A stretch of DNA of 64,000 nucleotides from Candidatus Dormiibacterota bacterium (lineage in GTDB: Bacteria > Chloroflexota > Dormibacteria > Dormibacterales > Dormibacteraceae): contig CATPBK010000100.1 in the NCBI GenBank assembly GCA_955652705.1, forward strand, positions 661-64,660, given 5' to 3'. This document shows, piece by piece, positions 1 to 8,532 of the stretch; positions within the stretch are counted from its first letter, which is position 1; the number at the start of each line of letters is the position of its first letter. Below the pieces are notes generated by a model. The model ran no database searches. It was not told the DNA's origin and was given only the letters and a program-made list of their open reading frames with translations. A program made the position numbers and the translations under genes.

Positions 1-599
1 GCCTGTATTAGTCCATTGGTGATGGTGGGCCCGTAGCTCATAAAGCCATTGTTCTTAGCGTCGGCCGAGCTGGTCGTCGTCTCCGGGAACACGTTGGCCC
101 CGATGAGGTAGGGACTTATTGGCGTGCCCTGCCGCAAATCCACCACCACTGGCGCTTCGTCTCCAACTCGTACAAGCAACTGATCGTTGGTGGAACCAAA
201 AGTCGCGCTCAACCGCACGAGGACGAGAACTAGCAGTGCGATGCCGAGGATGCCCAGGATGCGAAATGGACGACGATGTTTGGTGAAGGGTTGGGTCAAT
301 CGAGACCGGGGGGACGTGGGCAGTGCCGTGGTTTTGGCCGGTTCCTCTGTTCGTGCGGTCTCTTCTTCGGTCTGGTCTTCACCTGCGAGGGCCGTCTTGA
401 GGGCCTGCTCGAAGGAGCTCCAGGTTGAGCGCCGTGCCGATCGCCCCTCCTGCTCTCTGCGACGCGCAGCGTAGGCTCGCTTCCGGCAGCGCCGCGAGCA
501 GTAGACCGCCCGTAGCGAGGACAACTCAAGTCCACAGACCTGACACCGGCGTGTGAAAGCCGGCTCAGGCGTGGTCAGGAGAGCAGCCGGAATCCGCAC
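1..599 (-). CDS. hypothetical membrane-anchored protein with N-terminal C4 zinc ribbon (partial; 3' end beyond window start)
   Basis: The minus-strand frame is open from GTG at 597-599 to position 1, with an in-frame stop upstream at 678-680. It is absent from the ORF track because no stop lies in the window. Translation MRIPAALLTTPEPAFTRRCQVCGLELSSLRAVYCSRRCRKRAYAARRREQEG...RPFRILGILGIALLVLVLVRL...YLIGANVFPETTTSS shows a CxxC-x11-CxxxC ribbon, a charged linker, one TM helix, then an extracytoplasmic part. Confidence 0.6.
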   Translation of the reverse strand, partial: MRIPAALLTTPEPAFTRRCQVCGLELSSLRAVYCSRRCRKRAYAARRREQEGRSARRSTWSSFEQALKTALAGEDQTEEETARTEEPAKTTALPTSPRSRLTQPFTKHRRPFRILGILGIALLVLVLVRLSATFGSTNDQLLVRVGDEAPVVVDLRQGTPISPYLIGANVFPETTTSSADAKNNGFMSYGPTITNGLIQ

Positions 600-1341
600 T
601 AGCCGCCAATATCCAAATTGGACGGTGCGCCGGATAAACGGTGCGGGACGGCCGCGGCGTTTCCACGACCAGGTGAATTACCTTCCATACCCGGGATCCA
701 CCGCGCGAAATGAGGAGCGAGGACTTTCCGAGCCTAGCGGAACGCCGATCGGCCCAACAATGGGACGAATGCCCCACCGGGGATCGGTGGTTCGACGCGG
801 GGGGCCGGCCTCCCAACTACCGCCAGACATGAAAGGGGCCTCCCCGGCAAGGACGTCGGAGGGTCACTCACCCTACCCCTTCCGGCGAGTTTCCCTTGCG
901 GCGGGCTGATGCCCATGTCCCCTGGGGAGGCCGTGCACGGGTCCCCGCTAAGAACCACTGGAGGGTGGTGGCGAGAGGAGAGGACGCAGGGTCCCGACGA
1001 TCGCGGACGATACGACTGCCGGACAAGAAAATCACTCCCCAAAAGACACGGGGAGCGATTCCCCCAAACTACTTCTCAATTGGAAGAAGGCAACCGCAAG
1101 ACTTTCTGTTTGACCGGACCTTCCCCTCGGCGACCCGCATTTGCCCCAACGGCCCCGGCGAGGTCGCCGGGCGTCCGGCCTGGCTGGATGGAGGAGAGAC
1201 CCGGGCAATCCCGCCCCGAGCCTCATCGAGCAGCTGGTGGAATCGATCCAGAGGGTCGGCACGCACGGGCGTCAAGGCTACCCTTGCAGCCATGTCCGGC
1301 CCGCGAGCCAGCCGGCAAATAAATGAGATGGGAGGCAAACC

Positions 1342-2055
1342 ATGGGCGTTGAACTGTCGCGCGGAGTCGAGAGGCCGGCTGGTGGCCCTGGATCGGCTTC
1401 GGCCGCAGGCGTCAGCATGCAGATTCTGTCGACCGAGCACTGGAGCTTGCTCGCAGCTCGATCGCTCGGCTATACGGATATCTACAGCCGCGCGAACATG
1501 TTCTTCTCGGTCCTGTCAGGGACCGTTATCGCGTTGGCTCTCATCGCACAAGCCGGTCGTTTCGGTGCCACGTTTACCGTCGCAGCCATCCTACTTCTGG
1601 GCATCGTCGTGTTCGTCGGACTGACAACAATCGCGCGGATTGGACGGCTCAACTATGAAGACAGTCTCTGGGTGACCGGGATGAACCGCATCCGGCATGC
1701 CTATCTGGAGTTGCATCCCGAGCTGAAGGATTATTTCGTCACCTCACAACATGACGACATGCGCGGCCTCATGACGACGCTCGGCATCACAGGCGCGGAG
1801 CCCGGCCGACACCTGCTTGCCGATCTCGGCCACACCGTGACGATCGTGCCGGGCATGATGATGCTCATCGTCGCGGTCGTCGCCGGGGCTTGGGCGGCAA
1901 CGGTGTCCATCGCCCTCGGCGCTTCCCAACCGTTGGCCATCGCGGTCGGTGCCGCGTGTTTCCTTCTCACAGTTGTTGCAAATATCATCTATGGTCGGCG
2001 AGCAGTCCGCGCCTGGACGACTGGGCTGGCGCCGAAGTTCCCCTCCCCAGATTGA
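1342..2055 (+). CDS. hypothetical integral membrane protein
   Basis: 237-aa ORF with GGAGG 6 nt upstream of the ATG. It has about four hydrophobic helices (FFSVLSGTVIALALIA, AAILLLGIVVFVGL, MMMLIVAVVAGAWAATV, AVGAACFLLTVVANII). No family recognised. Confidence 0.6.
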   Translation: MGVELSRGVERPAGGPGSASAAGVSMQILSTEHWSLLAARSLGYTDIYSRANMFFSVLSGTVIALALIAQAGRFGATFTVAAILLLGIVVFVGLTTIARIGRLNYEDSLWVTGMNRIRHAYLELHPELKDYFVTSQHDDMRGLMTTLGITGAEPGRHLLADLGHTVTIVPGMMMLIVAVVAGAWAATVSIALGASQPLAIAVGAACFLLTVVANIIYGRRAVRAWTTGLAPKFPSPD

Positions 2056-2113
2056 GGCCAGTGAACGACTCGACAGCCGCGAGCCATGAGAACTACGTCG
2101 TCTCCTTGAGAGG

Positions 2114-2188
2114 TGGCTCCGGAGCACGGATTCGAACCGTGAACCTTGCGGTTAACAGCCGCCTGCTCTACCGTTGAGCTACTCCGGA
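2114..2188 (-). tRNA. tRNA-Asn (anticodon GTT)
   Basis: The reverse complement folds as a cloverleaf: acceptor TCCGGAG/CTCCGGA, D arm GCTC-AACGGTA-GAGC, anticodon loop CTGTTAA, T arm CACGG-TTCGAAT-CCGTG. Discriminator G and CCA are encoded. 75 nt. Confidence 0.9.
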
Positions 2189-2240
2189 GCGGCAGGCTCT
2201 CGATTCTACCCGGGCCGCCTCGCGCCCCTACCATTGGGGC

Positions 2241-3734
2241 ATGGCTATCGCCGAAGACCTCGAGATTGCCCGCTACCTGAAAGACCAGCCTAAGAAGCTC
2301 TTCATCGGCGGCCGCTGGGTGGAGGCGGCCTCCGGCAAAACCTTCGACTCGATCAACCCCGCCACCGGCCAGGTTCTGGCCAAGGTCGCGGAAGGGGACC
2401 GGGAGGACATCGACCGGGCGGTGAAGGCGGCTCGTGCCTCCTTCGAGGCCGGCGTCTGGAAGGACCTGCCGCCCTCCGAGCGCGCCAAGATGCTCTGGAA
2501 AGTCGGCGACCTCATCGAGGAGCGCGTGCTGGAGTTCGCCCAGCTCGACAGCCTCGACAACGGCAAGCCCATCAACGAGGCGCTCCTCTTCGACGCCCCG
2601 ATCGCGGCCAGCACCTTCCGCTACTACGCGGGCTGGGTGACCAAGCTGCAGGGCGAGACCCACCAGCTCTCCTTCCCGGGTCGCTACCTGAGCTACACCC
2701 TGCGCGAGCCGGTCGGCGTCGTGGGCGCCATCGTGCCCTGGAACTTCCCGCTGATGATGGCCGCCTGGAAGGTCGCCTCGGCGCTGGCCTGCGGGAACTC
2801 CATGATCCTCAAGCCGGCCGAGGAGACGCCCCTCTCGGCCCTGCTCTTGGCGGAGATCATCCAGGAGGCCGAGATTCCGGCCGGCGTGTTCAATGTCGTG
2901 CCTGGGTTCGGCGAGACAGCCGGAGCCCGGCTCGCCGAGCACCCCGACGTCGACAAGATCGCCTTCACGGGTTCCACAGAGGTGGGCAAGAAGATCGTCC
3001 AAGCCTCGACCGGCAACTTGAAGCGGGTGAGCCTGGAGCTGGGCGGCAAGTCGCCCAACATCGTTTTCGCCGACGCCAACCTGCAGAGCGCCGCCAGCGG
3101 CGCCTTCATGGGCATCTTCGTGAACCAGGGCGAAGTCTGCACCGCAGGCTCACGTCTTTTCGTCGAGGAGAAGGTGTACGAGCAGACGCTGGACGAGCTA
3201 GCCAAGACCGCCGGCGACATCCAGCTCGGCCCCGGCATCGATTCCATGACGCAGATGGGACCGCTTGTCTCGCAGGCGCAGCTCGATCGCGTCATGGGCT
3301 ACATCACGGTCGGCAACGAGGAGGGGGCTCGACTGGTCACCGGCGGCACGCGCGCCGACGGCGACCTCGCCAACGGCTACTTCGTGAAGCCCACGATCTT
3401 CGCCGACGTGAAGGGGACGATGCGGATCGCGCAAGAGGAGATCTTCGGGCCCGTCCTGGCGGCGATCCCGTTCGCCAGCGAGGAAGAGCTGGTCGCCAAG
3501 GCGAACGAGAGCATGTACGGGCTGGCCGCCGGCGTCTGGACTCAAGACGTGAAGCGGGCGCACCGCGTGGCCCACGCACTGCGCGCCGGCACCGTCTGGG
3601 TCAACTGCTACAACGTCGCCGACCCCGCCAACCCTTGGGGCGGCTACAAGCAAAGCGGCTGGGGCCGCGAACTCGGCCCGTACGCGCTCGAGCTCTACAC
3701 CGAGCTGAAGAACGTCATCCTCGACATCAGCTGA
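2241..3734 (+). CDS. NAD(P)-dependent aldehyde dehydrogenase
   Basis: 497 aa with ALDH hallmarks VPWNFPL, FTGSTEVGK, LELGGKSP and EEIFGPV plus a catalytic Cys region (GEVCTAGSR). Confidence 0.9.
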   Translation: MAIAEDLEIARYLKDQPKKLFIGGRWVEAASGKTFDSINPATGQVLAKVAEGDREDIDRAVKAARASFEAGVWKDLPPSERAKMLWKVGDLIEERVLEFAQLDSLDNGKPINEALLFDAPIAASTFRYYAGWVTKLQGETHQLSFPGRYLSYTLREPVGVVGAIVPWNFPLMMAAWKVASALACGNSMILKPAEETPLSALLLAEIIQEAEIPAGVFNVVPGFGETAGARLAEHPDVDKIAFTGSTEVGKKIVQASTGNLKRVSLELGGKSPNIVFADANLQSAASGAFMGIFVNQGEVCTAGSRLFVEEKVYEQTLDELAKTAGDIQLGPGIDSMTQMGPLVSQAQLDRVMGYITVGNEEGARLVTGGTRADGDLANGYFVKPTIFADVKGTMRIAQEEIFGPVLAAIPFASEEELVAKANESMYGLAAGVWTQDVKRAHRVAHALRAGTVWVNCYNVADPANPWGGYKQSGWGRELGPYALELYTELKNVILDIS

Positions 3735-3748
3735 CGCCCGGCGCCAGC

Positions 3749-4045
3749 CTACTTGTCGGGCTTCGGCTCTGGCTCTGGCTTGTGCTCCGCGATCGGTTTT
3801 AGCAGCTCGGAAATGGAGCCCTCGAAAGCCTCCAGCCGCTGGTAGACCTCGAGTACCTCGTCCGTCGTGATCGGCTGGCTCCGGTCAACCTTGCTCCGGC
3901 TCTCCGTCCACTCGCTGCCACACTCGCAGCGGTGGTACACGTAGACGGTGCTGTACGACTGGTGGATATAGGCAGCCGCGTCAGAACGTTTGCGTCCACA
4001 GACGCACTGTGAGGACTCCGCTCCCGACCTCTTCATTTTCGACAA
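3749..4045 (-). CDS. small hypothetical protein with CxC...CxC zinc-ribbon-like motif
   Basis: 98-aa ORF with a TTG start at 4045 (alternative ATG at 4036). Motif CVCG-x24-CECG, and a C-terminal PEPEPKPDK tail. Codon third positions are GC-rich. No family recognised. Confidence 0.5.
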   Translation of the reverse strand: MSKMKRSGAESSQCVCGRKRSDAAAYIHQSYSTVYVYHRCECGSEWTESRSKVDRSQPITTDEVLEVYQRLEAFEGSISELLKPIAEHKPEPEPKPDK

Positions 4046-4108
4046 CGTGAACTCCGGCCTTTACTGAACAGGGATGCGGGCTGGCGGGATTCTAACCCAG
4101 CGGGGCTG

Positions 4109-4318
4109 TCAGTGAACGGAGGAATTGAGCTCTTTAATTAAGCCTTCGAGATCCCGCAGCCGGCCTTCTCGCGCCGCCTCCTCCAGGGTCACGTACTGGG
4201 AGAGGACGTCCACGAAGCCGTCACCGAGCTCGTAGCCGTGCTTGTAGAGCAAGCCGCGGCCCTGGGGCAGGCGATCGACCACGTCCACGATGCGGGAGCG
4301 GCGCGAGTACTCAGGCAC
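4109..4318 (-). CDS. small hypothetical protein
   Basis: 69-aa ORF with a GTG start. It overlaps the upstream 93-aa ORF by 8 nt (operon-like). The C-terminal codons are locally AT-richer. No family recognised. Confidence 0.4.
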   Translation of the reverse strand: MPEYSRRSRIVDVVDRLPQGRGLLYKHGYELGDGFVDVLSQYVTLEEAAREGRLRDLEGLIKELNSSVH

Positions 4319-4592
4319 TGCGTGGCTGGGCTTCCTTCTCAGGTACCACCTTGCGCCCGTGCCAGCGCTCCGGCAGCCACTTCGGCTTCTCGTCCGCGTA
4401 AGTCGCGACCAGCGCCCACTCCCCGTCCTTTTGCCTTGGCTCCACCCGCAGCTTGCCTTTGTAGCCGCGTGCCCGAACCGCGTCCATCAGGGCGACGCCG
4501 TAAAGCGCCAGGGTGATCACCTGGCTCTCGGTGTTGATCCGACCGCCTTCGCTGGACCCGTCGACGCGCGAGGTCCGGGAGTTGAGGATCAC
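4311..4592 (-). CDS. small hypothetical protein
   Basis: 93-aa ORF with strongly GC3-biased codons. The plus-strand ORFs covering it are shadow frames. The start is uncertain because the GTG at 4592 lacks spacing to an SD. Confidence 0.45.
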   Translation of the reverse strand: MILNSRTSRVDGSSEGGRINTESQVITLALYGVALMDAVRARGYKGKLRVEPRQKDGEWALVATYADEKPKWLPERWHGRKVVPEKEAQPRSA

Positions 4593-4632
4593 CTTCGGCT
4601 TAGGTTAGCGGGCAGCCCTGCCTCACAGGCTG

Positions 4633-5262
4633 CTAGCGAGGCGCCGCCGCCAGGATGGCATCGACCGCCCGCGCGTGGCCGAGCCGTCCCGTGTCCACGA
4701 CCAGGTCGTAGTGGCCTGGCTTCAGCCAGTCGTGGCCGTAGACCTGCTTCACATAGGCGGCCCGGTTGGCGTCGGTCGCGCGGAGCAGCTTGCGAGCCTC
4801 AGCCTCTGCCAGCTGCAGCTGCTCCATGGCTTCCCGAAGCCGGAACTCCTCGCCCGCAAGGAGGAACACGCTGAGCGCGTCCGGGCGGTCGCGCAAAATG
4901 TAAGCCGCGCCTCGCCCGACGACCACCGCGTCGCCTTGCGCGGCCTGCTTGATCACCACCTGAGTCAGTCGGAGCACCGAACGGCTCAGGTCAAAGGCGG
5001 GATCCGAATAGGGTGGCGTCCAGGCCGCCACGTCCTGCGGCGTGGAGAGGTCGACAGTCGCGAGCTGGCGGAGGAGCCGGTCGAGGAGGGAGCCGCGCTT
5101 CTCGTCGTAGGCCTCGACCACGTCGCGCCCGAGCCGGAGTTGCCGCGCCACCTCGTCGATGATCTTGCTGTCCAGGTACTCCCAGCCGAGCCGGTCGGCC
5201 ACCATCCGGCCCACCTTCTCGCCCCCGGCTCCGAACTGGCGACCGATCGTGATGACGGCCAT
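4633..5262 (-). CDS. cytidylate kinase-like family protein (AAA/P-loop)
   Basis: 209 aa. The N-terminus MAVITIGRQFGAGGEKVGRMVADRLGWEYLD is typical of the Cytidylate_kin2 family. Confidence 0.75.
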   Translation of the reverse strand: MAVITIGRQFGAGGEKVGRMVADRLGWEYLDSKIIDEVARQLRLGRDVVEAYDEKRGSLLDRLLRQLATVDLSTPQDVAAWTPPYSDPAFDLSRSVLRLTQVVIKQAAQGDAVVVGRGAAYILRDRPDALSVFLLAGEEFRLREAMEQLQLAEAEARKLLRATDANRAAYVKQVYGHDWLKPGHYDLVVDTGRLGHARAVDAILAAAPR

Positions 5263-5283
5263 CGAACCGAAACCTACAGCCGC

Positions 5284-6774
<1,491 letters not shown>

Positions 6775-8520
6775 CTAGCTCCTCTCCGGATCCTTCCGGG
6801 TCTTAAACGCTTGGACCTCCCGCGCGAGACGACGATCTTCCATTTCAAGCAGCGCGACCTGGTCGCGGTCGCCTCTTTGCTCCGCCTCCCCCAGCCGGCG
6901 GCGGACATCGCCCAAGCGAGTTTGCAGGGATTCGAGCCGCAGGCGCCAGGTAAGCTCGGCGACAAACTCGTCATCGGTTCGAGGGGGCGGATTCGCCCAC
7001 GCGCGTCTGATCAGTTCCTGCTCCTGCTCCCCGAAGCTCCCCAGCCGGTTGCGAAGGGCGTCCAGTCCACCGGCCTGCAAAGTTTGCCGCATCAGGCCGA
7101 ACGTTCGCCGGTCCTCCTCGTTGAAGTCGTCAGGAAGCGCGGACGATTCGACCCTGTCAAGGGCCTCTGGGCGTACAGCGATCACCGAGAGGATGTGCTG
7201 GCCGACCGTGAGCTTCTTCCCCGGGCGCGCCGCCTCCAAACCGCTTTCTTGGGCCGGAGCCGGTCGGCCGTTGCGCCGCATGAGGCGCTGGTCGATGCCC
7301 AGCCACTCCGCCGCCTTCACCCGGTAGGCTTCCCGCACCGCCGGCTCTGCGATCTTGAGGAGCACGCCATAGACCTTCTCCAGACCGACCTGGAGATCGC
7401 GCGGCCGGCTCGGGTTGAGCCCGGCGATGGTCTCCCGAATCCAGAACTCCCATTCGGGCGGGGCCGCCGCGGCGGCCTGCGACCAGTCGCCACCGGCGCG
7501 CAGGAACTCGTCGGGGTCCTTGGCCTCGCCGAGCGAGGCAACTCGCGTGCGAAGCCCGGCCGCGCTGCAGGTCTCGATCGCGCGGAAGGCGGCTGCCTTC
7601 CCGGCTGGGTCGCCGTCGAAGGCCAGGATGACCTCCTCCGTGAACCGTTTCAGCAGCTTGACCTGCTCCTCGGTGAGGGCGGTCCCCGAGGTGGCGATGG
7701 CGTTGGCGACGCCGAACTGGTGGGCCACGATCACATCGAACTGGCCCTCCACCAGGACCGCGTGGCCCCGGCGCCCGATCTCGTCCTTGGCGAGGTCGAG
7801 GGCGAAGAGAACACGACTCTTTGAGAACGCTGGGGTGTCAGGAGAATTGACATATTTCCTGTCATCGCTGCCGGTAGCGTCCCGGCCCACGAAAGCAACC
7901 GTCTGACCGCGCTCGTCGCGGATCGGGATGATCAGCCGGTTCTTGAAGAAATCGCGGCCGCGGCGGACGAGCCCGGCCTGGTCGGCGTCGGGCAGCGAGT
8001 GCTTGCGGCTGGAGAGGAACTGCTGCAGGCTCTGGCCGCCGGGCGGAGCGAAGCCGAGCTGGAAGCGGCGGGCGGTCTCCGGCGAGACACCTCGCTTGGA
8101 GAGGAGCTCCAGCCCGGGCCGCCCCACCTCGGTGGAGTGGAGCACGTACTCGTAGTACTGGGCGGCCAGGCGGTTCAGCTCCAGGATCCGCTTGCGCAGC
8201 TGGCTGCGCTCGCGCGTCCCCGGCGCCTCCTTCACGAGCTCGACGCCCGTACGCTCGGCCAGCAGCTCGAGCGCGCCGCGGAAGTCGACCTTCTCGATCA
8301 GCTCCACAAACGTGAAGACGTCGCCGCCCCGGTCGCAGCCGAAGCAGTGCCAGGTCTGCGTCTGCGGGGTGACGCGGAAGCTTGGCGTCTTTTCGGTGTG
8401 AAAGGGACAGAGGCCGGTGAACTGGCCGCCGACCTGGCGCAGGCGGACGTGCTCACGCACGATCTCAACCAGATCGGCGCGAGTGCGGATCTGCTCCTTA
8501 GCGTCGTCCCCGGCCGCCAT
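6775..8520 (-). CDS. dnaG: DNA primase
   Basis: 581 aa with zinc finger CPFHTEKTPSFRVTPQTQTWHCFGCDRGGDVFTF and TOPRIM motifs (LVEGQFDV, AFDGDPAG). Confidence 0.95.
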   Translation of the reverse strand: MAAGDDAKEQIRTRADLVEIVREHVRLRQVGGQFTGLCPFHTEKTPSFRVTPQTQTWHCFGCDRGGDVFTFVELIEKVDFRGALELLAERTGVELVKEAPGTRERSQLRKRILELNRLAAQYYEYVLHSTEVGRPGLELLSKRGVSPETARRFQLGFAPPGGQSLQQFLSSRKHSLPDADQAGLVRRGRDFFKNRLIIPIRDERGQTVAFVGRDATGSDDRKYVNSPDTPAFSKSRVLFALDLAKDEIGRRGHAVLVEGQFDVIVAHQFGVANAIATSGTALTEEQVKLLKRFTEEVILAFDGDPAGKAAAFRAIETCSAAGLRTRVASLGEAKDPDEFLRAGGDWSQAAAAAPPEWEFWIRETIAGLNPSRPRDLQVGLEKVYGVLLKIAEPAVREAYRVKAAEWLGIDQRLMRRNGRPAPAQESGLEAARPGKKLTVGQHILSVIAVRPEALDRVESSALPDDFNEEDRRTFGLMRQTLQAGGLDALRNRLGSFGEQEQELIRRAWANPPPRTDDEFVAELTWRLRLESLQTRLGDVRRRLGEAEQRGDRDQVALLEMEDRRLAREVQAFKTRKDPERS

Positions 8521-8532
8521 TCCCGGGGAAGG

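Noticed and set aside
779-801. GGGGATCGGTGGTTCGACGCGGGG resembles the 5' end of tmRNA (GGGG..GG(A/U)UUCGAC)
   Set aside because: No matching 3' tRNA-like end (T arm GGGUUCGAnUCCC plus GAUCYCC-ACCA) occurs within 300-450 nt on that strand, nor upstream in a permuted arrangement. No plausible tag ORF ending in ..AA-stop is present, and the acceptor complement is absent. The segment also folds as a simple local hairpin (CCACCG/CGGTGG).
1190-1206. GGAGGAGAGACCCGGGC looks a little like the RNase P RNA P4 strand GAGGAAAGUCCGGGC
   Set aside because: The universally conserved GGAAAGUCC core is disrupted, and none of the other conserved blocks (AGGGUGAAA..GGUAAGAGC, ACAGAAnCCGGCUUA) are present on either strand.
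730-1290. Possible decayed pdxH (PNP oxidase) pseudogene on the minus strand
   Set aside because: There are only short motif-like matches (ADPLDRFHQLLDEA, AGRP, PPIPGGAFVP) in different frames with inconsistent spacing. Gly/Pro/Arg-rich GC frames generate such matches easily. It is kept as a hypothesis inside the spacer finding, not called as a feature.
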